From Polyangiaceae bacterium (lineage in GTDB: Bacteria > Myxococcota_A > Polyangia > Polyangiales > Polyangiaceae), in contig JANRKO010000047.1 of assembly GCA_033763455.1 (NCBI GenBank), positions 96,001 through 160,000 of the forward strand: a stretch of 64,000 nucleotides of DNA. The letters run 5' to 3'. Numbering within the stretch: the first letter of the stretch is position 1; each line of letters starts with the position of its first letter. The translations under genes and the position numbers were made by a program. The notes below the pieces were generated by a model that was not told the origin of the DNA, did no database searches, and saw nothing but the letters and a program-made list of their open reading frames with translations. Below, piece by piece: positions 9,107 to 18,434 of this stretch.

Positions 9107-11755
9107 TCAAGCCACGATCAGGTTCAAGATCCGCCCGGGAACGTAGATGAGCTTCTTGGGGGACTTCCCCGCCAGCAGCTTCTGGATGGTCTCGTCAGCT
9201 AGGGCTAGGGCCTGCGCTTGGGCCTCGGTAGCGTCCGCCGGCAGGCGGACGCGGCTCCGCACCTTGCCGTTAACTTGAACTGGCATCTCAACTTCCGCGT
9301 CCACGCACAGAGCTTCGTCATAGGTGGGCCAGGTGGCACTAGCGAGCGAACCCGTATAGCCGAGCTTCTCATAGAGCTCCTCGCCCAGGTGGGGAGCGAA
9401 CGGAGACATGCACAAAACGAGCTTTTCTACAGCTTCACGGCTGGGGCGGGCCTGGGCCCCGAGGAATTTCACCAACTCCATCATGAACGCAATCGCTGTA
9501 TTGAAGCGCAGCGCTTCGACATGTTCGGTGACTCGCTTGACCGTGCGGTGGACTTCCTTAGCCGTTTCTGGGTTCATGGGTGCATCTGAAAGCTCACGGG
9601 TAGCCAAGGCGTGCACCCTATCGAGAAAGCGCCTACAGCCCAGAATTCCGCTGGTTTGCCAGGGTTTGGACTGTTCCAGGGGCCCCATGAACATCTCGTA
9701 AACGCGCAAGCTATCGGCGCCCTGCTCTTGGATGGCAACATCGGGATTGACCACATTGCCCCGAGATTTGCTCATCTTTTCGGCCATCCCGAAAAGGGCC
9801 ACCCCGTGCTCGGTGTGGAAGGGCTTGCCGTCTTTGAGCGTGATCTTGCTCTCAATTTCGTAGCGGGCTTCTACTCGCTCGCCGCTTGGCGTGTACTTTA
9901 AGCCTTCGCCCGAGGGTTCGACGCCCGGATCATCCCCGGCGAGCGCGCGCACCAGGGCTCCATTTTCATCGAGTACGGCGTACCAACGATAGACCATGCC
10001 CAAGATCAGACCTTGGTGCACCAGCTTGGTGAAGGGCTCGGCGTGTTTGACGACGCCAATATCAAAGAGCACTTTGTGCCAAAAACGTGCGTACATCAGG
10101 TGCAAAACCGCGTGTTCCGAGCCGCCCACGTAAAGATCGACCGGCATCCAAGCGTCGTACGCAGCCTCGCTGAAGATCTCTTTTTCGTTTTTAGGATCGA
10201 GGTACCGCAAGTAATACCAGCAGGAGCCAGCCCACTGCGGCATCGTGTTCGTTTCACGCGCGAACCATTTTCCGTCTTTTTGGAAAAAGCGCCAATCCGT
10301 GGCTTTAGCGAGCGGGCCCGCAGGATCTCCCGGCTTATAGTCTTCGAGCTCCGGGAGCCGCAGCGGCAATTCGCTTTCGTCGAGCGGTATCGGCTCCGAA
10401 TAGTCAATCTCAAATTCTGCGCCGCGACGCGGATCCCCCGAGGTTTTTACCGGAAAATAGATGGGAATGGGCTCACCCCAGTAGCGCTGGCGGCTGAATA
10501 CCCAGTCGCGCAATTTGTAATTAACCTGGCGTTTTCCGATCCCCTGTGCTTCAAGGTGGTCTAAGATTTTCGCCTTCATCTCTTCGGTGGGCAGGCCAGA
10601 ATGGGGGCCACTCTGAACGCTGATGCCCGGCTCGGTGAAAGCGCTAGCCGAGTGCTCAGGTATCGTGCCCTCGCGGCTCACCACCGTGAGGATCGGCAAA
10701 TCAAAAGCCTGAGCAAACTCGAAATCTCGATCGTCGTGGGCTGGCACCGCCATGATGGCGCCCGTGCCGTAGGAGCCCAATACGTAATCAGCCGTGTAGA
10801 TCGGGATCTGCGTCAAAGAGAGCGGGTTAATCGCATAAGCACCGGTAAAAACGCCCGTTTTGGCCTTACCGAGCGCCGTACGCTCAAGGTCGCTCTTGCG
10901 AGCCGTGGCGTTTGCATATTGAGTCACCGCCTCGCGTTGCGCCTCAGAGCAAAGCGTTAAGGTGAGACGATGATCGGGCGCTATTACCATGTAAGTGGCG
11001 CCGTACAGCGTATCGGGGCGCGTGGTAAAAACGCGGAGCTTTTCCCTAGAGCCCACCACCTGAAAATCCACTTCCGCCCCAACGCTGCGGCCGATCCAAT
11101 CCCGCTGTTTTTGCTTGGTTTCAGGCCAATCCAGGGGTTCGAGGTCGCTCGCTAACCTATCGGCATAGGCCGTAATTCGGAGCTGCCACTGGCGCAACGG
11201 TTGACGCACCACCGGATGGCCGCCCACTTCGCTGACGCCGTCGACAACCTCCTCATTGGAGAGCACCGTGCCGAGCTCGGGACACCAATTTACGGGGATT
11301 TTAGCCTGAAACGCCAACCCCTTCTTGAACAGCTGAAGGAAAATCCACTGCGTCCAGCGCACGTAGCTGGGGTCGGTAGTGTCGACTTCGCGATCCCAAT
11401 CGATGCTAAAGCCTAGTGATTTTAGCTGGCGTCGAAAGGTATGAATATTTTCGGCGGTGGTTTTAGCGGGGTGTGTGCCCGTGCGAATGGCGTGTTGCTC
11501 GGCAGGCAGCCCAAACGCATCCCAGCCCATGGGGTGCAACACATCGAAACCGCGCATGCGCTTATAGCGCGCTAGGATATCTGTGGCTGTGTAGCCCTCG
11601 GGGTGGCCCACATGCAGCCCTGAGCCCGAAGGATAAGGGAACATATCCAGCACGTAGAACTTTGGGTGCCCCGCGCGGCGCTCGGCCCGAAAGCTCTTGT
11701 GTTCGTCCCAATATGTCTGCCAGCGCTGTTCAACCGCCCGGTGATCGTAAGCCAT
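9107..11755 (-). CDS. leuS: Leucyl-tRNA synthetase
   Basis: MFPYPSG..LHVGH (HIGH), GWDAFGLPAE, FTTRPDT, GTGAIMAVPAHD, SRQRYWGEPIP, KMSKS, QVNGKVR. Confidence 0.98.
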   Translation of the reverse strand: MAYDHRAVEQRWQTYWDEHKSFRAERRAGHPKFYVLDMFPYPSGSGLHVGHPEGYTATDILARYKRMRGFDVLHPMGWDAFGLPAEQHAIRTGTHPAKTTAENIHTFRRQLKSLGFSIDWDREVDTTDPSYVRWTQWIFLQLFKKGLAFQAKIPVNWCPELGTVLSNEEVVDGVSEVGGHPVVRQPLRQWQLRITAYADRLASDLEPLDWPETKQKQRDWIGRSVGAEVDFQVVGSREKLRVFTTRPDTLYGATYMVIAPDHRLTLTLCSEAQREAVTQYANATARKSDLERTALGKAKTGVFTGAYAINPLSLTQIPIYTADYVLGSYGTGAIMAVPAHDDRDFEFAQAFDLPILTVVSREGTIPEHSASAFTEPGISVQSGPHSGLPTEEMKAKILDHLEAQGIGKRQVNYKLRDWVFSRQRYWGEPIPIYFPVKTSGDPRRGAEFEIDYSEPIPLDESELPLRLPELEDYKPGDPAGPLAKATDWRFFQKDGKWFARETNTMPQWAGSCWYYLRYLDPKNEKEIFSEAAYDAWMPVDLYVGGSEHAVLHLMYARFWHKVLFDIGVVKHAEPFTKLVHQGLILGMVYRWYAVLDENGALVRALAGDDPGVEPSGEGLKYTPSGERVEARYEIESKITLKDGKPFHTEHGVALFGMAEKMSKSRGNVVNPDVAIQEQGADSLRVYEMFMGPLEQSKPWQTSGILGCRRFLDRVHALATRELSDAPMNPETAKEVHRTVKRVTEHVEALRFNTAIAFMMELVKFLGAQARPSREAVEKLVLCMSPFAPHLGEELYEKLGYTGSLASATWPTYDEALCVDAEVEMPVQVNGKVRSRVRLPADATEAQAQALALADETIQKLLAGKSPKKLIYVPGRILNLIVA

Positions 11756-11787
11756 AAGGTTAGTGACCATACAGGCGGTTGCCTGCG

Positions 11788-11880
11788 GGCAACAAGCGGG
11801 CGCGGCAACAAGCGGGCGCGGCGACACACGAAAACGCGCGGCGACAAGCGACAACGCGCGGCGACACACGCGGCGGGCGC
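11788..11880. repeat. Degenerate minisatellite (16 bp x2, then ~20 bp x3)
   Basis: GGCAACAAGCGGGCGC twice, then GGCGACA(C/A)..(A)ACGCGC-type units. Confidence 0.8.
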
Positions 11881-11961
11881 CGACACTTCGGGGTTCGGCT
11901 CGGACAGGCCACTGCGCCCAAGCCTTTGAACGACGGGGGCGAGGGGTTCACACGTACCCGC

Positions 11962-11985
11962 GAGATACTTCGCATGCTAAGTATC
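11962..11985. repeat. Palindromic element copy
   Basis: GAGATACTTCGCATGCTAAGTATC. Confidence 0.85.
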
Positions 11986-12033
11986 CGTTTTTCCGCCCTG
12001 CCCTCACTCCTCACTCGGCGCTGCGCCCCCGAA

Positions 12034-12073
12034 TACACCCGAATCAAGCTCTACACCCGAATCAGGCTCTACA
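12034..12073. repeat. 18 bp tandem duplication
   Basis: TACACCCGAATCAAGCTC / TACACCCGAATCAGGCTC / TACA. Confidence 0.85.
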
Positions 12074-12116
12074 ATTAAGAGGCTTTAGCGGCGGGGAGGG
12101 GGTCCCCACATTATTT

Positions 12117-12142
12117 GCGATACTTAGCATGCTAAGTATCGC
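12117..12142. repeat. Perfect 26 bp palindrome (element copy)
   Basis: GCGATACTTAGCATGCTAAGTATCGC is self-reverse-complementary. Confidence 0.95.
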
Positions 12143-12156
12143 CTCTGCTGCTCGAA

Positions 12157-12248
12157 CGCCCTTGCCCAACCTGCGCCTTTGCCCAACCGGGTGCGCCTTT
12201 GCCCAACCGGGTGCGCCCTTGCCCAACCGGGTGTGCCTTTGCGCCAAC
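12157..12248. repeat. 20 bp minisatellite, 3 full and 2 partial units
   Basis: GCCCAACCGGGTGCGCCTTT units at 12181, 12201 and 12221 with no spacers. Confidence 0.92.
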
Positions 12249-12297
12249 ATGCCGCGCAACAACGCTCACGTTCAGTGCTCGGCCCTCGCGCCATCAT

Positions 12298-12328
12298 ATA
12301 CTTAGCATGCGAGCATGCGAAGTATCTC
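12298..12328. repeat. Palindromic element copy with an internal 8 bp duplication
   Basis: Reverse complement reads GAGATACTTCGCATGCT[CGCATGCT]AAGTAT, i.e. the 11962 copy inverted plus a duplication. Confidence 0.85.
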
Positions 12329-12350
12329 TCCCCCGGCTGGCTCGTTACCG

Positions 12351-13625
12351 CTAGGAACGCTTGGTTGTTTTGGATCTGTGTTGGGCGCGCTCCACTTTGC
12401 GGCTGAGGCGCGAGACGCGGCGAGATTGGGCCTCGGCTGCCTCGGAGGTACCCAAAAGTGCCAAATTGAGCGCTTTTAGTGGCTCTTTTGCGTAGTGCTC
12501 GTAAAGCTTGGAGAGCTCAAGGCGAGCCTGAGAATCATCCAGCTCCACCACCAACGTTTCGAAATCTGCGAGGGCTCGTGCACGATCGCCGCGCGCTTTA
12601 GCGATTTCGCCGCGCGCCCGAATGGCCTGTACGCCGGCACCTCGCTGCAAAGCGTGTTCGATGGCTTCGTCGGCGCGAGTTGCATCCCCTGCCCTGTGGA
12701 ACGTGCGTGCAAGCGCCACAAGATCCTGTTCATGCAGGCCCCCCAACGGCTCGCCGTACAGGCCCACCAACGCGGCCATACTCACGACATCGAACGCATT
12801 GTGCTCCACCACGTCACGCAGGGCCTCTTCATCCCCAGTTCGCAGAAAATGGCTATATCTGGCGGGAATATCCCCTCCTTGAATGTCCGGCCCACGCTCG
12901 AAACCCAAGATCTCACTCTCCAAAGTTGTTAACTTGCAGGCACCAAGGCGCGTGCGGTGCAAGCGGCGCGCCACGTGCAGAAGGTCGAGGTGGGGCCGCA
13001 CCGGCAACGAGGGCTCCCGATTCATCACGGCTCGGGTTGCCAACAAGGGCAAATCAAAGCTCTTTCCATTGTAAGAAACGAGCAACGAGGCCTGATGGAT
13101 GCGCTCGGCAACCACACGCAACCCCGCCTTTTCTTCGGCAGGGCTTCGAAGCAAGACCTGCTCCAAGCGAAGGCTTTCGCCTTCGAACCAGGCCATGCCG
13201 ATCAGAAAGGCGATGGCCCCCGAACCCCCAAGCCCTGTCGTTTCCGTGTCGATGTAGAGGGCACCTCGGGGATCTACGCCCGAAAGGCCTGGATCGAGCG
13301 CTAGCAGTGCCAAGAGGGCAGCGTTGGCGGCGTGGGCGGCGCTGGTTGGAATGCGTCCCACGTGGTGTGAAGGCGCCAATAGCTCCGAACGCCAGGAAAA
13401 TTCACCGAACTCCGTCGCCCTCACTACGAAGGGGAGCGTCGTCTCCCAAGCATTGCTCAACGGAGCGGGTTCCATCGGGAGAGCCCCCTGCTCCAAAAGC
13501 TTTGCCATACGAGCGCGGAGCTCGGCTAACGTCGTCTCTCGATTCGACGAATCAGGCTCAGGTGCAGACGCACGTTTTTCCCCCGACGGGGGCGGCAGCT
13601 GTCCAAGCTTACGACGCAGATCCAA
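12351..13625 (-). CDS. YprB/MrfB-like RNase H-fold (DEDD) exonuclease with a C-terminal TPR-like region
   Basis: IDTETTGL, VSYNGKSFDLP, HLDLLHVARR, L..LE..ILG.ER..DI.G, HNAFDV, LELSKLYEH. Confidence 0.88.
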   Translation of the reverse strand: MDLRRKLGQLPPPSGEKRASAPEPDSSNRETTLAELRARMAKLLEQGALPMEPAPLSNAWETTLPFVVRATEFGEFSWRSELLAPSHHVGRIPTSAAHAANAALLALLALDPGLSGVDPRGALYIDTETTGLGGSGAIAFLIGMAWFEGESLRLEQVLLRSPAEEKAGLRVVAERIHQASLLVSYNGKSFDLPLLATRAVMNREPSLPVRPHLDLLHVARRLHRTRLGACKLTTLESEILGFERGPDIQGGDIPARYSHFLRTGDEEALRDVVEHNAFDVVSMAALVGLYGEPLGGLHEQDLVALARTFHRAGDATRADEAIEHALQRGAGVQAIRARGEIAKARGDRARALADFETLVVELDDSQARLELSKLYEHYAKEPLKALNLALLGTSEAAEAQSRRVSRLSRKVERAQHRSKTTKRS

Positions 13626-13654
13626 GGGCTACCCAGCTGAAGGTCCTCGCGCGT

Positions 13655-14794
13655 TTACTGCGGGAAAGCAAGCGCTCTCGCTGGGGGCAGCGCAAAGGCG
13701 TGAAGGAAGTGTGAGTCATCCCCCAACAGAAGCAGTGAGCGGGAGGGATCATGGTCCGCCGCGCCGGGGACTTCAACCGACGCCATGAAGAGCACCCGCG
13801 TTTGGCAGGTATCCGAAATGGTCTGAATGCGGCCGTCTTCGGTCACCGTAACAATTTTTCCGGACGGCATGAGCACCTGCGCCGCTCCATCGCTGCCAAG
13901 CGCCAGCTGGGATGCCCCCAATTCGCCCAGATTTACTCGCGAAAGCTCCTGCCCAGAGCGACTCAACCAGACTACTTGAGCGCCCTCCAACACCGCTAGC
14001 CTGCCCCCGCGGGCCGCCAAGCCTGTTGCTCGAGGCCGCGTCCACTCAACGCCACCCTTCCCCACTGCCGCCATCCCCTCGGAGCTCTGAACCAACAACA
14101 AGCTCTCGTCAAAAACCGCGAGACGCTCCGCGGCACTCGGGAGCGAAACCGTGCGCAACTTGCGATCAACAGGCACCAACCAAAGCTCACGGCCAAGCCC
14201 CAGCGCAATTTCCTTGCCCCACACCACCGGTTCGGCCGTAATTTCGGCTGCAAGTGACACCCTCCAAATGGCCACTCCGTTCTTGGCCACGGCGTAGAGG
14301 CCGCGATTGGCATCGGCGAAATAGAGGTAGCCGCGTGCCCCGCGGAGCACAGGGCCGGACACTCCGGCTGGGAAATGCATGCGCCAGGCGGGCGACCCCT
14401 GAGCCGTGATAGCGTCCAGCGTACCGGCGGACGTTCCTACCACGCAGCGCTGGGACACCGGATCGACCACCACGCTGCCGCTCACCGCGCCCACCAAGGT
14501 GTAGCTCCACAGGTACTCACCCGTAGGCCGGAGCGCGTGCACGTAGCCTTCGTTGGTGCCGAAAAACAGACTACCTTCAGCTGTTGCAAATGGCTCACCT
14601 GCGAACGCAGCCCCCGCACCGAAGCGCCACTGCTCTCCGCGAAATGGCTCGCAGCTCGGAGTTGCTAACCGGTGGCTTGGCCCCGCTAGTGGCTTCAAAA
14701 CGTGCGCAGAAGGAACCTGTAAGCTTGCCGGTTCCTTCGCCACCGGTGCACAGCCGAGAACGGAGAGCGACAGAGCGGCCCCAAGAGCGCCCAT
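13655..14794 (-). CDS. PQQ-like beta-propeller lipoprotein
   Basis: Lipobox VLGC; repeated blades such as GYVHAL..TGE.LW, G.LDAI...G...W and LYAV..NG..IW; start uncertain. Confidence 0.75.
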   Translation of the reverse strand: MGALGAALSLSVLGCAPVAKEPASLQVPSAHVLKPLAGPSHRLATPSCEPFRGEQWRFGAGAAFAGEPFATAEGSLFFGTNEGYVHALRPTGEYLWSYTLVGAVSGSVVVDPVSQRCVVGTSAGTLDAITAQGSPAWRMHFPAGVSGPVLRGARGYLYFADANRGLYAVAKNGVAIWRVSLAAEITAEPVVWGKEIALGLGRELWLVPVDRKLRTVSLPSAAERLAVFDESLLLVQSSEGMAAVGKGGVEWTRPRATGLAARGGRLAVLEGAQVVWLSRSGQELSRVNLGELGASQLALGSDGAAQVLMPSGKIVTVTEDGRIQTISDTCQTRVLFMASVEVPGAADHDPSRSLLLLGDDSHFLHAFALPPARALAFPQ

Positions 14795-14965
14795 AAAAGC
14801 CCTGCAAACTCTAGGAGTTGGGAAAGGTCTGGCGCGCACGCCCAAACCTTTTCGCCCGCGTCGGCCGTTGCGGCAAGGGGCCGGCAATGCGCCCCACCTG
14901 AAAACGACGCACGACACTGCTGCTGGGGGCGTGCATCTTCGTGCGGAGACCTCTAAGATGCCCGT

Positions 14966-15601
14966 GTGGCGCTCCGGGTTTTTGGACTCACGGGTGGGAT
15001 TGGCTCGGGGAAATCGAGCGTGGCGGCGATTTGGCGCGAACACGGGCTGCCAGTGGTGGACGCGGACGTATTGGCTCGCGCTGCGGTCGCGAAAGGGTCG
15101 AGGGCCCTGTCGGCGATCTTGGCTGAATTCGGTCAGGAATATTTGGGGCCCGACGGCGAGCTCGATAGGCGGCGCCTTGCGGAGCGCATATTTGGGGACA
15201 CCGCAGCCACAGCCCGCTTAAACGCCATCGTGCACCCGGAAGTTCGGAGGCTCTCACAATTGAAGTTTGCGGAGCTTGCCCAAACAGATCACCCCCTCGC
15301 CTGCTACGAAGTGCCTCTGCTATTTGAGAATGGACTGGAGTCAACCCTTCGGCCCGTGGTCGTAGTGAATTGCTCCAGCACCGAGCAGCTCAAACGGGCG
15401 ATGGCCCGCGACGGGAGCCCCGCTTCGAGTGTTGCACGGAGGCTACAGGCGCAGTGGCCCTTGGCAGAAAAAGTCGCGCGTGCGGACGTGGTGATCGACA
15501 ACAATGGAAGCCCTTCAGAGCTCCGCGCGCTGGCGTTGCGGGCCCTGGGCGAGGTTTGCCGCAAGGTGGAGTGCGATGCTACGCGCTACCAGCTCGTCTA
15601 A
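14966..15601 (+). CDS. coaE: Dephospho-CoA kinase
   Basis: [51 protein letters not shown]. Confidence 0.96.
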   Translation: MALRVFGLTGGIGSGKSSVAAIWREHGLPVVDADVLARAAVAKGSRALSAILAEFGQEYLGPDGELDRRRLAERIFGDTAATARLNAIVHPEVRRLSQLKFAELAQTDHPLACYEVPLLFENGLESTLRPVVVVNCSSTEQLKRAMARDGSPASSVARRLQAQWPLAEKVARADVVIDNNGSPSELRALALRALGEVCRKVECDATRYQLV

Positions 15602-16436
15602 ATGCAGCTTGCACCGTGTTTTCAAGCAACATCGCGATGGTCATGGGCCCAACACCGCCGGGCACCGGCGTGATCGCTCGTGCCAGTGGCTCCACCTGAG
15701 CAAAGTCCACATCGCCACACAATTTGCCGTTTTCGTCGCGATTCATGCCCACATCCAGCACCACAGCTCCCGGTTTCACGAACTCCGCGGTAATGAATTT
15801 GGCCCTCCCGATTGCCGCAACCAAGATGTCCGCCTCACGGCAACGAGCAGCGAGCTCCGCTGTTTTTGAATGAGCGATAGTGACGGTGGCATTTTCTTGC
15901 AAGAGTAGCGCCGCCATAGGTTTCCCAACAATATTACTGCGCCCCACCACCACCGCGCGCGCGCCTGCTAGCGATACGTTGGCCTCCTTGAGCAAGCGAA
16001 TGCAGCCACGCGGCGTGCAGGGCACCAGGCCGGGCTGCCCCGTCCAAAGGGCGTGCACATTGGCTGCGTGAAACCCATCCACGTCCTTGCACGGATCGAT
16101 AGCGTGGAGGATTTGCGCTGCCGGAACCCCCTCAGGCAGGGGCAGTTGGACCAAGATGCCATCCACTTCAAGGTCACGGTTCAGCTGAGCCACCAGATCC
16201 AGGATCTCCCGTTCAGTGACAGTTTTGGGGAGCCGATGGACCCGACCCCTCATTCCCACCTCTTCGGCGGCTTTCTCTTTGTTTCGGACGTACACCGCCG
16301 ACGCCGGATCCTCCCCCGCAAGAACCACATCTAGCCCCGGAGCGCGACCAAACCGGTCCCGAAAGCGCGCCACTTCTCGGGAGACTTCCGTGCGCACCTT
16401 CTGGGCTACGGCTTTTCCATCCATCAACATCGCCAT
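15579..16436 (-). CDS. folD: Methylenetetrahydrofolate dehydrogenase/cyclohydrolase
   Basis: [51 protein letters not shown]. Confidence 0.98.
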   Translation of the reverse strand: MAMLMDGKAVAQKVRTEVSREVARFRDRFGRAPGLDVVLAGEDPASAVYVRNKEKAAEEVGMRGRVHRLPKTVTEREILDLVAQLNRDLEVDGILVQLPLPEGVPAAQILHAIDPCKDVDGFHAANVHALWTGQPGLVPCTPRGCIRLLKEANVSLAGARAVVVGRSNIVGKPMAALLLQENATVTIAHSKTAELAARCREADILVAAIGRAKFITAEFVKPGAVVLDVGMNRDENGKLCGDVDFAQVEPLARAITPVPGGVGPMTIAMLLENTVQAAFRRAGSA

Positions 16437-16524
16437 ACGCGGCGTTTAGCATTCGGCTTGCGGGGCGCCTAGAACAAAGCCGCCTCTGTTCGTACCTAGC
16501 CCAAGGGGCTAGGCTGCGGGTGCA

Positions 16525-17529
16525 ATGGATATCCTTGCTGGGATTTGCTTTGGTTTTCTTTTCTGGTTCCTCGCCCGTTACGGCATCGGCGGCTTCTACA
16601 CGATCGGGCCGAATGAGCGGGCGGTTCTGGCAACGTTCGGGAAGGCACAGCGCCTGGGTGATATGACCACCCTGCAAGATCCCATATCTATCCCGCTTCG
16701 CCCCGAAGAGCGCGAGCGCTACCTCTACCCTCAGGTGCGCGTGATCGGCCCTGGCTTCTATTGGAAGCTCCCTTGGCAAAGCCTCCACAAAGTCTCCATC
16801 GCAACGGTGACGCTCCCCATCGCCTACGATCCTGAAGATCCTTCTCTCAACCAGAACGGACAAATTCTGGAGGCGGTAACCAAGGACCAACTCAATACCG
16901 CGCTGAGCGGCCAGCTGCGTTACACCGTCGCGGAGAACAACCTCTACGCAGTGTTGTTCGGCGTGAAAAACCCAGTAGCCCATGTGATGGGATATTTCAT
17001 CTCCGTGCTCCGCGACCGAATTGCAAACTTCGAAGCCCCAAACGCTTCGGCTGCGTTGATTGACCCGCTCGCCGATACCAACGGAGTGGCGCAAGGCATC
17101 TCGATCAACGATTTACGGAAGAACTTGCGGGATTTAAACGAACGCATGGACGATGAGTGTGCCTCAGCCGCCGCCCGTTACGGAATTCGGCTCGACGCCG
17201 CTTTGATTACGGCTATTGATCCTCCGCAGGATGTTGATTCGGCCCTTGCCGCGATCAACACGGCGCACAACCATGTATCGAGCGAGATTAGCTTGGCTCA
17301 AGCCTCGGCGGATCAACGCATTGTCCAATCCAAGCGCGCCGTGGAGATCGAAACCCTGAATGCCCACGCTGAGGTTGAGCCGCTCTTGGCTCTCGCGACG
17401 CAGCTTCGAGAATTGGCAGGCTCGGGCGGCCCCGGAGCTATCTCCGCGTACGTGAGAAACGCGCGGTTGGCCTTACATAGGCGAGCAGGCCAGGTGGTGA
17501 TCAACGAAGTGGATGGGGTGGCCAAATGA
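16525..17529 (+). CDS. SPFH (band-7) domain membrane protein
   Basis: N-terminal TM; GFYTIGPNERAVLATFG, GPGFYWKLPW, YGIRL...LITAIDPP; coiled-coil tail. Confidence 0.82.
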   Translation: MDILAGICFGFLFWFLARYGIGGFYTIGPNERAVLATFGKAQRLGDMTTLQDPISIPLRPEERERYLYPQVRVIGPGFYWKLPWQSLHKVSIATVTLPIAYDPEDPSLNQNGQILEAVTKDQLNTALSGQLRYTVAENNLYAVLFGVKNPVAHVMGYFISVLRDRIANFEAPNASAALIDPLADTNGVAQGISINDLRKNLRDLNERMDDECASAAARYGIRLDAALITAIDPPQDVDSALAAINTAHNHVSSEISLAQASADQRIVQSKRAVEIETLNAHAEVEPLLALATQLRELAGSGGPGAISAYVRNARLALHRRAGQVVINEVDGVAK

Positions 17530-18416
17530 ACTTCTTGATTGCCCTCGGCGTTACCTTTTTTGCATGTTTTCTCTTGGTGCCCATGGCGCTTGGCCTGGCG
17601 CGCCTGTTTGCGCTCTACGTAGTGGTGCGCGAGCGCCAGTGCGTGGTGTTTGAGCTCTTTGGCAAGGTTCGCTCCGTGATCGTGGAACCAGGCCTGCACA
17701 GCCCTTGGCTCAGCATGGGGCCATTTGCGATGCTGGTACCATTCTTCGGCAAAAAATTCACTGTGGATCTACGCTTGGATCAGATCTACCTGCGAAGCCA
17801 GCCCGTCAATTCTGAAGAAGGTGCCCCTATGGGGATCGGTGTCTGGTGCGAAATGTTCGTAAGCGACCCTGTCGCCTATCTGTACAAGAACACCGATCCA
17901 TTTGGCTCGCTGCGGGCCAATGTCTCCAACGCCACCGTCCGTTGCCTCAGCAACATGAAGCTTGCGGAAATGCTCGAAAATCGCCACGCCATGAGCGGTG
18001 TGGTGCGTGAAGAGGTATCCGGGAAATCCCAAGAGTGGGGCTTTCGTGTGGGGAGCATCTACATTCGAAAGGTCCACTTTCGCGACTACGGCATGATCTC
18101 GCAAATCGAGCAAAAGGTAGTCAATCGCTTGCGCCAAGTAACCGCCGCGATCCAGCAGGACGGTTCCAATCGGGTGAATGTTATCCACTCCACTGCGGAG
18201 CGCGAAGCCGCTATCGAATTCGCGAAAGCCCAAGCCACACGTCCGCTCATAGTGGGCCGCGCACTTTCCGAAATCTCCAGAGAGCCACATATTGCGGCGG
18301 CGCTGTTTGACGTGCTCGAGATCCAGAGCCAGCTACAAAGCCCTAACCTACAGATTAACATCGTACCTGCAGGCACTACCGTTATCGCCGGCATATCCGG
18401 TGCGGTTGCAAGTTAA
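17526..18416 (+). CDS. Second SPFH domain membrane protein
   Basis: N-terminal TM; VFELFGK...EPGLH; WGFRVGSIYIRKV; ATGA overlap with the previous gene. Confidence 0.82.
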   Translation: MNFLIALGVTFFACFLLVPMALGLARLFALYVVVRERQCVVFELFGKVRSVIVEPGLHSPWLSMGPFAMLVPFFGKKFTVDLRLDQIYLRSQPVNSEEGAPMGIGVWCEMFVSDPVAYLYKNTDPFGSLRANVSNATVRCLSNMKLAEMLENRHAMSGVVREEVSGKSQEWGFRVGSIYIRKVHFRDYGMISQIEQKVVNRLRQVTAAIQQDGSNRVNVIHSTAEREAAIEFAKAQATRPLIVGRALSEISREPHIAAALFDVLEIQSQLQSPNLQINIVPAGTTVIAGISGAVAS

Positions 18417-18434
18417 CATCAGGAGAATGCCCTC

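Noticed and set aside
12157..12248. CRISPR array
   Set aside because: The 20 bp units are head-to-tail with no unique spacers, and no cas gene is in the window
11756..12350. T-box riboswitch upstream of leuS
   Set aside because: No GGTGGNACC T-box motif was found on the minus strand. A similar GGGGGTACCGCG near 9084-9095 lies downstream of leuS and lacks the UGG
12680..13714. Long alternative-frame ORFs (this 344 aa one and similar ones at 7411, 16213, 19744 and 32174)
   Set aside because: They are antisense or shadow ORFs over well-supported genes, typical of high-GC DNA
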